A DNA stretch of 64,000 nt, from positions 14,384,110 through 14,448,109 of the forward strand of contig NC_134030.1 in NCBI RefSeq assembly GCF_964204645.1, written 5' to 3'. The position numbers were made by a program, and so were the translations under genes. Below, piece after piece: positions 12,482 through 25,998 of the stretch; position 1 is the first letter of the stretch; each line of letters opens with the position of its first letter. The notes beneath the pieces were generated by a model, which saw nothing but the letters and a program-made list of their open reading frames with translations, did not search any database and was not told the origin of the DNA. This stretch comes from Tubulanus polymorphus. Taxonomy: Eukaryota > Animalia > Nemertea.

Positions 12482-15139
12482 CCTCATGGCACAGGCACTT
12501 GAATATGGGCTTTGATAAATAATAAATATTTGGTAATTCGCCAGCGATATGTTATTCCTGACTTCGATAATCCGCCATGTTTTATAATGAATTTACCCAT
12601 GATGCAACGCGCGCCCGTCGTTTAACTATACTATACAGAAAGGCTGGAAACACTCCTTTCTCCGTAATGCTTATAGTTAAACGAGGGTAGGTACGTTCAT
12701 GTCCGTGCGGGGCGCCACTATCGATTGTGACAACCATTATTGATTAGGAAAAGTGTGATGCGCGTTTCTACTACGTGTTTTGACATCGCGTAGTAAAATC
12801 ATTCATAAAACCTGTCTATCAATGCAAATGAGCTAAAATCTTTTGGAATCAACCAATAAGATCGATCTTTATCACTTGGGTGTTGGTTTAGTGTATAAAT
12901 CCGCATTTAAGTCGAAGAAAATAGAAATCGAAAAATACCCTTTTTCAAGAGCAAAATTCGTCAGCTTAGGACCCGGAATAAGCGACGAATCATCATTAAA
13001 ATTCAAATACTGAAGACCGCATGATTTTATTTCGTGTCGGGGCTGAGCGATCGCTGCCGGAAAAGTCGATGTCTAAGTTTTGCGTTGAAGTGAGCGATAC
13101 AAAATGGCGGCAGCACTTGTTATTGAATGACGACGCGCCGCACTGCTCGTGATGAGATCAATATTCAACAATTATTCATCGGTCTAGCAGTGAATTATTG
13201 TATTTATTTTCCGATTCATAATTATTCATCACTATATTTCTGAATATTAGGACAGATTTAGCGAAATGATCGGCAAATTTTTTTTTTGCGCGCGGACCGC
13301 CACTTCGCTCCCGTCGGTAAAGTGGCTGTTGAAAGAGGGAGGCATCTAATGGGATGAATTGAGGCTTATGACGGGCAAAATAGAGGCGCGAGGCTCCCGA
13401 GGGGATTTTCCAAAAGCAGCAAAATTGAAATATATAGGCCTATAAAATATTGTTGAAATTTAGCTCAAAACAAAACAAATGGATTATTATTTAGTTATTA
13501 TTAGTAGTATTATTACTATTGCTTGGTTTATGTTTCTAAACTGATTGATTTTATTATGATATCATGAATATATTTCAAATTTCAGCGTTTTGAGCTAGGC
13601 CAAACCTGATTTTCTGCTATTCTTTACCTAAATTCATTTAGCAAATAATATATAAAATTGGTATATTTAAATCAATTTGCAATAGGAGCCTATGGCTATA
13701 GACCTAACTGACAGGCCTTGACAATCATGTTTGATTCATTTCAAAAATTATGTAGTGAAAAAAATAATTTCACCTGAAATCATATCAATATTTCTCAATA
13801 TTTCACATTTTTTTCTTGCCGTTACCATGGAAACCTAATAATAATAATCTGTATAATCATAGATATTCCTAGATAAACTTAGGGCAAACATTAACTATTG
13901 ATAACTAGTTATTCTATCCCCTTTCTACATCATAACTTTTGATCTAACATCGATATTTTCATTATTTTAACATTTTTTGGCTGGTTTCCATGGAAACAAT
14001 AGGCATTTGGAATCAGATGAAAATTTTGGGTCTTTCAACTGTCACCTGAAAGTGCTATGAGTGTATTGCTCTTTAAATTTCTAGTCTATCTCTTTTAGTT
14101 TAAGAGATATTGAAGTTTGTTTTTACATGAAATATTGCCTTCTTAGATCACAGTTTTTGTGTATTGAAACATGAAGACACTTTTCACTCAAATTTTCCAA
14201 CTTCAATTTGCGATATCTCGAAAACTACCGAAGATAATTCAAAAATTTAAAAAGCATATTGTTATTTGAGCCCTCCCCATTCCAACAAGCTTTCTTTCAG
14301 ATTGAAGCTATTTGAATTTTTTATGGATATAGCTAACGAGGGGTGCGCATTGGATCATGGGTAAAACAGTTGCATCATGGATGATTAAGATGGCAACCCC
14401 GGTGGTGTTTTATCGTAGATTACGGTAAATTTTATCATTTTTACCGCACCAACCAGGCACTTGAACAAAAATTTCAAATCATTGCTAGAGCTTTTAAAAC
14501 ATGATAGATGGATAGAACTAAGAAAGAAAAATCACACGCTTTTTAAATTACCTTTCTATCTTATCTAGAAGTGGAGATATTTATATTTAAGTGTTGAAAG
14601 ATTAGCCGATTTATGTATTTGAATTAACTTAGACAATAGTTCGAAAAACTGTGATTTTTTTAGATGTTTTCCTTGTTAAAACAGCCATATTTTCTCTCTT
14701 AGTCATGGTATCAGCCTGAAATTTTCACCATGGATGGATAATATGTCCTTATATGATAAATCAAAGTTTTTGGAATTGTGCGACCTTTATGAAGGTCATA
14801 GTGACCTTGACCTTTGACAAATCGCACTGGTATCAGAACAGCACAGTATATTATTCTAATTTCTAGAATGGTTAAAGCATGTTATTGCTTACTGATGGTT
14901 AGGGAAATATCATTGTGTTATTACTAACTGCAGATATTGGGGTAAAATCGTAAAAGAAACAGTTTTAATTTTTTTAGGCGGCCATATTGGATATCATTAA
15001 GTCGGCCATATTGGATTTCCGATTCAACTCTAGTTAACCAAACATAGCCATGTGAGGTATCAAACTTCATGTTTTTTGAAGGAGAATTAATGTTAAGGCA
15101 TTTTAAACAGATAAACATATTTTATACCTTACTGAATTA

Positions 15140-17243
15140 ACACCAAGTCACCAAAATACAAGTCTGTAAGGATCTCCGAAACCAAGAGTTTGTAGTCAAC
15201 GGATGCCTCCTCCTTTTCATTATCTGACCAATAGGCAATAGTGTATTCGGGTACATCAATTTTGTTTATTTTATGCGATTTCACATTTAAGATTTTCCCA
15301 TGATAGACACACTCATGGTAATCATCCTCAGTCCATAAATGATCGATATATTTATCTTTCAGTATAGATGGATCATTGATAATTGAACGAATTTGTTCAT
15401 CAGTACCATCGACAAGTTCCTTAGAAACTAAGACTGCCTCGAATTGTCTCGTAACACGGTTACGTTCACGTGTGTCTTTTTTCTGTTGCTTTGCCTTAAT
15501 TCACTTTTCTTTTTCGATAGTAATTTTATCCGATTGAAGTTTCCGGAGATTTCTTATATTACGTCCACGAGTGATGGCAAATCTGACTATTTGCTCCTGG
15601 ATATTTGCCGGTTTGGTGTTAAGCCACTGAAGAGTATTGTTCCGTTTACTTTTTACAGTCCCATCGACAAACCCACTCTGAGCATTGGGCGCATGGCGGC
15701 AGAGTGAGTCTACAGTCCCCATAATTCTTTCTGCAAACATATTATGCACTGGTGCAGAGCTTGTCTGCAATAACATACTTGCAGTAGGAGATGATAAATC
15801 CCCAACTAAGTATCTGCGCAACTGATTCTCCAAAACATATATATATCCGGATGTAAGCGACTTACAAACATCAAAGAATTCATCAGCCTGAGGCGGGATG
15901 ACTTGAAGACATTGGAAAATTTCATCTACTGGTAATTCCTCACCAAATATATCGCTTTCGGCTGATAACAAATCTAAAGGTAGCTCATTTAATGATTTCA
16001 AATTTTCGACGCAGTGTTTCAGATACGGCACCATCTCCAGGTTACTGAGTTTCTTTCGATTAGCATACAATTTTCGCATCCACGGCCCAGTTACGACCTT
16101 TCCTAACAGTCCCAGCACCTGTAGATGAATAATTATGTGATCGTTCATTAAATCCTCAATCAGTGCAGTTTTAAATGTTGTATTGTTGTTACAGGCATAC
16201 TTCAGGTAATGAAGTAATTTTTTGTGCAAGTAAAAGTACACTCCACATAAGTGGAATAAGACGTGGAACCAGTTACCCACGTAACAGACGATCATACCAA
16301 ACGCTATATTTTCACATTTCATAAAAAGTTTGAAACCAGCCGGATCTCCTTTGCCATCTTTAAACCTTATTTTGTTTAATGCAATAATAACATTCACAAC
16401 CTTACAACTACTACCGAATAGTTTTTCCAACGACGTTATAACTTGTGTCAATGTTCTTGAGAACTGTGATAGTTTTATGCGATAAGCCATCCAAGGGATG
16501 AAGATTAAAATTCAGTTCTAGCAATTTCATCTCTAATTTTTCTTCGAGCTGAGCCACAACTTGAACTAATTGAGCTTTGGTGGCAGTAAATGATGTAATC
16601 GACTTTAATTCTGATAATGTTCTCCGGTAATTTCAGTTCGATTTACATATCTTTTTAACAGCTCCTCGGCGATGACAACAACTCGAACAATCAGCTCTTA
16701 ACTTTTCGGTGATGGTGAGTACACATCATGGTTTAACAATCGCTTAGATGTCGTCGACGTAGACAATGGCGTGGAAATAAGTCCTGATGATTGGAAAAAA
16801 TCTGCGGCTAGGCCTTCTGATAACTGAGACCCAGAGAGATTTTCTGTCAATCATGACCATTGAGATGTTTCAGATCTGGTTGCACTTAAATCCAAAGACT
16901 GGAATGGACACGGGCAGTCTTCATCCAGAAACTTTGAAATAGAGTTCCAATTTCTGTCGATTTGTTTCTTTAAACTTTCAAGGTCCAGAACTTTTCGCCG
17001 TATAAGTTTACACAGAGCATCAAAATTACAATGGCTGAAATCCTGTGATAAATTCCTAACTTTTCCACCAGTTGATTTGAATTGCTTTGCTGTCTTATTC
17101 AGGCTATGAAGATAGAACACTAGTCCAAGACGAACAGACGTGTGGCTGAGTCGACCAGTACCAGGATCATAGTCATTCTTATACGACTCTATCAGATCAC
17201 GTAGTCGCTGTGCCATGATAATGAATTCTATAAAGAAAAACAA
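15140..17243 (-). pseudogene. Degraded DNA-transposase-like gene, superfamily uncertain (divergent hAT-like?)
   Basis: 329-aa ORF with KGDPAGF, YVGNWFHVLFH, GKVVTGPWM and SAPVHNMFAERIMG (resembles the hAT C-terminal N..AER motif), plus an upstream 130-aa piece and a frameshifted C-terminal tail. Confidence 0.5.
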
Positions 17244-17887
17244 AATTGTATAAGCAGATGATATAAAAAATAAGAAAATTCAAATAAAAATGACATTCCT
17301 CATTCTTTGTATTTTTTCCAATATTCAGATTCATTATTCAATGGGGAGGTAATTGTAAAAATGTCTCATGTAGTCAAAAGAGGCCAAAGAATGAGATATT
17401 AAAATTACAGTGGACATGCTTGTGTCACAACAAAATTAACACAATGTGAAATATAAGTTCAAATGCCTACTATTTTGACAGAAGAAAGCATGTAAACATT
17501 GACATGTGTTTAGCCACGTGCTTATGTTATTGTAGAGAAGCAATCAGGGCATCGCTCTGTGATCACGTGAACTAATTAGGCTATGCATGAGCAGGCGGTT
17601 AGTAAACAATATTCCAAGCAAAAAAATATGTTTACTAACATGAAAATACACAAATGAGACATCAATTAGGCCTATAGATAATGACCCCTTAGTCATATAC
17701 CAATAAAGAATAAGAATGAATGCTTAAATCATTTTTCTTATCGAGAAATTCGATCGTCATAATTGACGAAATTTACGTGAAGAGCCGCCATATTGGCTTC
17801 CTCTCTTGAGACATCGATGATGGCGGCCTCCATAAAACTTGATTGAGTTGAAGGATGCACCCCAAAACGATGTTTTTTAACTAAAAA

Positions 17888-19141
17888 CTAGGGGTCCAGG
17901 GACACCATGCCCACTTGGGAAGTGGTTTCAAATGCTCAACAATCTAACAATTTCAATATTCAACGCCCCCTGGTGACCATATACAGAATACAATGACCTT
18001 GAAACTCACCAAAATCATAGAACATGTCAGCAGCTACGATTTTGTAATTGATTGTGATAACAAAATATGCCTCGTTACCAATTTAATATGGAAATACTAA
18101 GTCATTCTACTATTCAACGCCCCCTGGTGACCATATTCAAAACCCAATGACCTCGAAACTCACCACAATCATAGAATATGTCACGAACTACAACTTTGCA
18201 ATTGATCATGGTAACAAAATATGCCTAGGTACCAATATAATAAGGAAATACTAAGTTATTCTACTATTCAACGCCCCCTGGTGACCATATAGAAAAACTT
18301 ATGTCCTTAAAACTCGCAAAAATCATAGATGATGTCATGAGCTACAACTTTCCGATTGATTGTGGTTACAAAATATGCATTGATACGAATATAATAAAGA
18401 AATGCTAAGATATTGTATTATTCAACGCCCCCTGGTGGCCATATGCGAAATCCAATTACCTTGAAACTCACCACAATCATAGAACACGTTATGGGCTACA
18501 ACTTTCTAATTGATTGTGGTATCAAAATACGCTTAGGTATCAATATAATGTGGAAAAACTTTTTCCAACTTATGAATGAGTACTGGTGACCCCAAGATGG
18601 CCGCCAATTGCGTCATAATTGGCCGATGAAAAATACCTGTCTCAGGTATAAAACATCCCTTTCCAAAGAATACCCATCACAAATTGTAATGAGAAATGGC
18701 AAACCAGTAGGAAGCTACAGGACTCAGAATTCTGGCCAAAATTAACATTTTTGGGCACTAAAAAGGTCATAGGACGGCCATCTTGAGTCCGACCGACCCA
18801 ATTTTTGTTATGTTGATGGGCCCTGGGGGGATTCACATATATCCGAAAGATCAAGGTAAATGATTGAAGCGTCTTCAAAATTTCCCTCAAAAAGTTCAAA
18901 AATGTGTAAAAAGTGCTGATTTTGGTGAACAACAATGGCTGCCAGTCGGCCATCTTGATTCTGACAGGGCCAGTTTTTGGGCTGAAGATGTGTCTAGGGT
19001 AGATACATGTGTAACCCAAATATCAAGACATTACCTTGAAGCGTCTTCAAAACTTCCCAAAATAACTGGATTCCGTCTACGGACGGACGGACGAAAAGTG
19101 AACGCAATAGCCCGCTGGGACTAAAGTCCCAAGTGGGCTAA
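17888..19141. mobile_element. Complete pearl/HINE-type non-autonomous Helentron element with four 154-bp core repeats
   Basis: CTAG start, subterminal IR pair GCCCACTTGGGA / TCCCAAGTGGGC, core motif at 17964, 18118, 18272 and 18426 (period 154), (ACGG)n, terminal hairpin, A/T-run flanks, no TSD seen. Confidence 0.88.
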
Positions 19142-19932
19142 CAAGTCAAATTTTGCGTCTGGAATATTCTCAAAAGCATCTTGGCACTCCTTTTATATGA
19201 AATAAAAGACATGAAACTCACCTTTTTACCGAAATTGTTGCCGATTTGTCAATTTTCGTCGTATCCAAAAAATTCAAGAACCGTGTGCAAAATTATAATT
19301 ACGCGCATGCGCATACAAAATCTCGTAGATTTAGGCCTACGTTGAAAAACGCGATTTCAGTGTGATTTTGAATTGTAAGACTCCAGAGACTGTCAAAAAA
19401 TCAGCGATATTGTTGGGAATGATTTTTATTACCGCGAGTCGCTCGTTTGTTGCGACTTGTGCAAGTGCCTACACCAACAAGGTCAAAGCCCATAGGCCCT
19501 ATTCAAGTGCCTATGCTCATGGCCCGTGCATTCCAAAGCGATTTTCAGCCGACAAATTCCTTCAGAACTTTTGAAAAGCTTGGCCGATTTTAGTTCTGTA
19601 AATTGCTATGATCATATATCAAACCCTTCTTTCACTTACGCCTTTTAAATTGTGTTAAACCCTTCTTTCATTTACGCCTTTTAAATTGTTTTAGTCACAG
19701 GGGTTTGGTGATGGGCTTGGATTTTATTTCCGGGTTGTTGATAATCTCGCGAGAATGGCGCTAAATATGAACTGCGAATAAATTCAAAATATCATGGAAA
19801 TACCTTGTGTTTATATTGTTTATTTATCCGCTATAAAGTTCCGATAAACAATTGGTCATTAAGGATCATCATCAGACGGTCGTCACGCTTTACTATATAA
19901 AATCACAAGGGATGAAACGCAGTTCAAGTCGT

Positions 19933-20237
19933 GCCAGCCAGAAAGTTGGGACAGTCACGTGACTTAACGCTTCTTATTTGACTGAATGCAAACCTGAAGC
20001 ATCTAAGATGGAAACTATGATACGAAAAATATTTGAGGATAACTTACATTCAAATGCATTTTTTGTCTATGAATTATATATTTGATCATAATTTATTCTT
20101 TATAAGTTATTAATTTCATATGAACCATAATCTGACAATTGATATCGGTCTGTGAATATGTTAACTTTTCATGTTAAAGTTTTAAATGTGATGACATCAT
20201 CAGAATGTCACGTGACTGTCCCAACTTTCGGTTTGGC
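19933..20237. mobile_element. MITE-like element
   Basis: Perfect 23-bp IR GAAAGTTGGGACAGTCACGTGAC (19941-19963 / 20207-20229). Confidence 0.7.
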
Positions 20238-20332
20238 GATGGGCTTTGATTTTATTTCCGGGTTGTTGATAATCTCGCGAGAATGGCGCTAAATATGAAC
20301 TGCGAATAAATTCAAAATATCACGGAAATACC

Positions 20333-20535
20333 GGTGCGATTCAAGAATAGGGGACTATAGCAATATATATGTAGTGATAGTAATCAATTAAGTAATAATA
20401 TTAGTAATTGATAATGATGATATATAATGATAGTAATGTATAGGCCTATAGGCCTAGTAATTAATGATGATTAGGGAACTAAACCTAACCCTAACCCTGA
20501 TCCTTACCACTAGTCCCCTATTCTTGAATCTTACC
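20333..20535. mobile_element. Short MITE with GG termini
   Basis: TIRs GGTGCGATTCAAGAATAGGGGACTA / TAGTCCCCTATTCTTGAATCTTACC. Confidence 0.75.
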
Positions 20536-22432
20536 CCCCTGTGGTTTTAGTGTTTGGAAAATTTTCACTTGAAAACTCTGAGAGCCAGATACAGATCTGT
20601 TCGGTAAAAGTGCAGGGCCGCACCTCTCCGCGCAAACGGTTCAATCAATTACGTTAAATAGGCTATCATTGTTTCAGATTCAAAATGTCATCTGCAATTC
20701 AGTACATAGCCATTGGTTAATTTTAAGATATCTTCACTAGAGTAGAAAGATTTTAGCCAGGATTCTGTCATTCAGCAGATTGCATCAATCACGAGTGCGG
20801 ATCTGCACTTTTACCATCTGTTTTTTACCCCCTGGTCTCCGGCCTCCTACCTTCCTATTATAACCAAAAATGATTTTCATTCGGTTAAAATGACGAAAGA
20901 ACTGTCTGTAGAGATTGCGAGATAACAACGTCGAGTTGGATGCAGCCGCCATCATCGCAATTTGGTTGATGTTTGCCTGTGAACGGAATCTTTCATATAG
21001 GCATATATATGAGCCATCCACGTTCCCGTCTCGACCCGTTACTGTCAAGCTAATGCCATACAGTGTGAGTAGGTTCGAATCCCATATTGTGCTTCGGGCG
21101 CAATTTATACCTACTTAGCGGTCTGTTCATAGCGCGTGTACAATCATAGCTTCCAACTGTAATTTCCACTCATGCTACGGTTATTGCCGTTGTTTAATTA
21201 AACCCCAAAAGTTTGATTTTTGGTTCTGGCCGTGGAGAATAGAATACACGGAATTTAGAGAATTGGACCATCTATACACCCACACGACTGAACTCTCTAA
21301 GTGAAGATCGAAACAATACAGTAATACTATATAATATACCTACTCTATTTTATTACGGGGAACCCCCTATAATTATCGGGTACCCCTTTTAAGATCCCCC
21401 TTAGTTACTACTACCCCCTACTACAATGAGTGATATTACGTACAAACTCATTGGTTGGTCTGATGGTGACATCATATAGGCCGGAACTACGAGAACAAGA
21501 ACAAGAACAAGAATACTTTTTCACGTTTGAAATTTATTTTACCAATAAGAAAAATGTATAGCAAAAAACAAATACTGGAAAATAATCAAAATAAAAACGA
21601 TTTACGTTGCTCAAAAGATTAGAAAATTCGCTAAATTCGGATCACCAGCAGGGGATGGGAAATTTTGTCAATTGAACGAAATGCAAATAATGTGTTTTCG
21701 AACTTAAAAACGTTTTTCACTAGCAAAAACGTTTTCTGAAAAACGTTTTCTGTTTCGGCGAAACAAATGTTTTGCCGTGTGCGTTGGGCTTTAGCCGATA
21801 CAAAAACTGATTTCGGTTGATGTCAAATGATAACTCACATGATAATTGACAGTTTATTTTTATTATAAGTCGCACTGATTTTGGTTCTATGTGCATTAGA
21901 TATAGGTTTAAAAACGGAATCCATTTATTACGATAATTTTCCGTGAGGCTTTAGAAGGCACCATGGTGCTTTCCAAAATGATTTCGTCTTGGTGTAGGGC
22001 CGGTAGGCCTACTGTAAATTAATAACATTAAATCAAAGAAATGGACAACAATTCACCAACATATTTCTATCGTATACGATGATTTTAATAATTGAAAATT
22101 GGGCCAGGTGAGAATCAAAATTGCCTTGTCACCATCAATTAAAGTATATAAATCGTTTAATTCGGCTTATGATGATTTAGGTCGACTGCTTGTCCTTTCT
22201 GGTTCTACTAAGACCTTTATCAGGTATGTACTACCAAAAATAAGCGAGCTAGGCCATCCGGAATGCTCTCAAGTCAGGTTGAAATAGACATTAAATATAG
22301 TCAGAACCCTGTCTGTGGTTTAGTTTCACGATCGGATATTTTCACAAACCACATAGGCCTAAGGTATAAGCCCATCCGATTATATATTGCTTACCACCAA
22401 CGATTAGGTAACTAAGTAGGGAAATATCCCGC

Positions 22433-22567
22433 CGGCTCATAGGCCAGCATCTTAGCTACGCATTGAAGTGGTTTTCGCCCCACATACCCAACCTAACTTT
22501 CGAAATAATCAAACCTACAGAAAGGAGGGGTATCCCAGTACAGGTATGCCAGTACATATCCGAGCCC
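22433..22567 (-). repeat. Dispersed fragment of the 1.28-kb repeat unit (inverted relative to the 39-42 kb array)
   Basis: Reverse complement matches the unit segment containing AAAACCACTTCAATGCGTAGCTAAGATGCTGGCCTATGAGCC. Confidence 0.85.
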
Positions 22568-22993
22568 TATATCTGTAAGTGTACAAACATGTATTCAATA
22601 TTCACGTGTCTGTGCCGCTTTCTTACTGACGGTCTATCAATACGCATAGCACTGTCCGTTTGATTGCGATACATTCACGGACCTAGTCATAGTTGACTCC
22701 AAACCGGCGTGTTTCACGTTATGGTGGGCGTCTAATACAACGAGTTCGGTTAACCTTGATTTCGACGGCAAAGGAGCCGGGAAGGTTGTGCTGTAATTTA
22801 GTGGCGCATTCTGTAATCTTCCCCCAACGCGCACAATTCCATCGTTAGCCATGAAGAGGCGTAAATGTTTGATTAACGTTGAATTTGTTTTTTTCTGAAG
22901 TAGTTCATTATATTCCTTTGTAAAGTATGTCTTTTGTACCGATCTAATGATAGCTTTTTCGGATTTTTGAAACTCGGCAACTGTTAGGGTCTG

Positions 22994-23250
22994 TGTCAGT
23001 GCAGTTCAGCGCACTGTAGAATGTGTATCAACCGTGTACATACATTTATGTGTGAATAATATTAGTTATATTCAAGTTAGGTTGTTAGATTGTGAATCAT
23101 GACCCATGTAAATTGTATTGTGACTGACTTATGTATATAATAAAGTTCGAACAGTATTCAGCACTGTGAGTAAGTCATTCCTGTAGTTTGTTTCGTACCT
23201 TCTGGACAGAAGCCCTCGAGGATACAGTCAGGTCCGTCGCTGTCAGGACA
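22994..23250 (+). mobile_element. Solo LTR, 257 bp, 5-bp TSD
   Basis: TGTC...GACA termini, TSD GTCTG at 22989-22993 and 23251-23255, internal AATAAA; removing it restores pol ...ATGQTLTVAEFQKSE. Confidence 0.9.
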
Positions 23251-25998
23251 GTCTGACCTGTCGCCTGTTTATTTACCCTTAAGAGTGAGACAAATCTGAG
23301 AACGTACGCACATATCCGGACCATTTTCGGTAAGTCGGGATAAAACGCTGGATTTACTTCTTTAATGATTCCGAATTTCTGGCGGGCTGGAGAAGCGATT
23401 GCGCTTCCTTGGGAGTCTAATGATTCCGTTTCAGTTAACAGGATTGTTGAATCGAACAGTTCGCAAATGGGCCAATCGCATTGGCCTAACCAATGTGGTC
23501 CCTTCCACCATAGGTCGCAGTTCTGCAAGTCGGCTGCGCATATTCCACGAGAGAGAATATCGGCCGGATTATCTTTCGTCGGGCAGTACTTGAATTCATC
23601 AATATTTACCGATTTGATTTGAGTTACTCCGTTTGATACAAAAACAGGTAGTTTCTTGTCGCTATGAATCCAATGTAATACGATTTGGCTGTCGGACCAC
23701 AGAATAGTTTTAGATATATTTATTTTCGACGCGAGAGCACGATAGACATATGTGATAAGCCTGGCAGCAGTAAGCGCTGCAAGCAGCTCGAGCTGAGGAA
23801 TGGTAAGTTCCTTTACCGGAGCGACGCGCGTTTTTGCCATCACTAAGGATGTGTCGGTGAGGTTACGTAAGTAAACAACAGATCCATAGGCTTCCTTGCT
23901 ACTATCTCCGAACGCGTGGATCTCGTTGTCTGATCTACGGTCAGATTCCTCGAAGTATTTCCGTGAAATGTGGATCGCTGAAGCGTCGCAAAGATCAGTC
24001 GCAATATGTATCCATTTAAGCTTTAGGTCATCGGGTATGCGTTGGTGGTCCCAATCGAATTTCTCTTTCCACAGTTCCTGAATAAAGATCTTAGCCCTTA
24101 TCTGAACTGGGGCTAAAAACCCCAATGGGTCATATACTTTCGAAGCTCGACTGACGACAGCATCGCAACAGCATCGCATGACAGTTCGTTTTTAAGCTTA
24201 TGTGGAAATCCGATAGAATCCCGTTGGGTGTTCCGGATTAAGCCAAGAATTTTCGATTCGGTATTTTAGTCGGCCACTTCATCGGTTTCTAGTTGTTCAC
24301 GTAATTTTCCGGAGTTAGTTGCCCAGGATCGTAGGTTGAGTCCGGCGGATTTGGTAATGTCGACGGATTCGTGGTAGAATCGAAGCGCTTCGGTATCGGA
24401 GCTTACACCCGTGACAACGTTATCAACGTATATGTTATCAGAGATATCCCGAGCGGTTTCCGTATCTATACTGCGTAAATGTGATTTCACGGTGACGTTT
24501 ATGATGTATGGGCTGCAAACCGCTCCGAAGAGAACTGAACGGAATTGGTAAGCCTTCAATTCACTTTCTGGGTTTGATTGGTCGGAAAGCCAAAGAAATT
24601 TTGTGAATTTTCGATCGTTTGAATCAAGGCCGATTTGTAGGAAAGCTTTCTCAATGTCTGCAGATATCGCGAATTTGTGTAATCGGAAGCGTATTATGAT
24701 CGACGCTAGATCGTTAAGCAATGACGGTCCAGTCTCAAAGCAATCGTTCAAACTAGGTTCATGTCCGGACTTACAGCTGCAGTCGAATACTATTCTCATA
24801 GGTGTGGTTAGTGAGTCCCTTTTTACCCCACGGTGAGGTAAGTAGTGTCCCGAGTGATCGTCGTTTTCGACTTCTTCGATTAAGCCACGTGATAGTTGTT
24901 CGTTGATAATATTATTGTAGACGCTTCGCATTTCCGGTTCAAGTCGGCGGATCATACCACGTGTTCGTCTCTCAGCCACCATTCGGTTGGTTGGCAAGGG
25001 GGCGTGGTCATCTTTCCAGGGTAGCTTCGCGGTGTATTTTCCATTTTCAAAGCGCAAGTGTGTCTGACAGTAATTCGACATGGATTTGCTGACTGCAGTT
25101 CCGGTTGTATGCGCGTCATCTTTGATCCCGATTGTTTCCAGGTTCCAGAAACGTTGTAGATTTATTTCCTCGCGTTTGTTTTCGACAAATCGACGGCACA
25201 ATCAGGGTTCGAATTTTCAAATCTCCATCACTGGTATTTAGCTTTATGGTCCCGACGTCTAAAGACCGAGCAGGTCCTGATATACCACCAAAGGCCGATA
25301 TCTGAATGTCTTCGGACTCATTTGACACTAGATGTAAGGCTTTTGCCATTTTCTGTGTGATGAAGGATCTTTGGGCACCTTCGTCAAATGAGATGATCGC
25401 ATTAATTGATGTCGATTCAGAAGAGATACGGGCGAACGCTGTTTTTAGTAGAACGGCTCCTCCAGTAGGAGTTTTACTTCCACTTGATGGGTGGTAGTTT
25501 GTGAGTCAGTGTTAGTTCGTAGCGGTTGCGTTGCCATGTGGTTTCTCGTCGGGTCACATAGAGATGAATGATGTTTCCGTTGGCAATTTCGGCATCTGTA
25601 TTTGGATTTGCAGTCGGCGGAACGGTGTGAACCTAAACAGTTAAAGCATAAGCGGTCTCGAATTACTGTTTCTCGCCTTTTTCCGGGTCCGTTGACAACG
25701 CGACATTCGTGATAAATTATGGTTGTTCGATTTACAGTAAGCGCAATTAGATCGTGAGAATGTTTTCTGCTTGGACGTAGATACACGGGTATGGAAGGCT
25801 GCGGTTGGGTAAGTGAGATCGTGGTCTTGAAAGTCGTTGTTTAGCGTATCCCCCGCGCGAAGGGCTTCGATTTCTTTTGGTAGCGAAGTTCTGAGGTCGA
25901 CGATAATCCAACCATTGTTTCCGCGTTGTCTCGTCATTTGTTGGCGGATATGACCGGGTAACTTATCCAATACGACAGGCACGAGTAAATCTCCGTAT

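Noticed and set aside
17940-18560. 154-bp repeats as a CRISPR array
   Set aside because: Whole units are homologous, with no unique spacers and no cas genes; eukaryotic TE context
20484-20498. CCTAACCCTAACCCT as an interstitial telomere
   Set aside because: Only about two units, located inside a MITE
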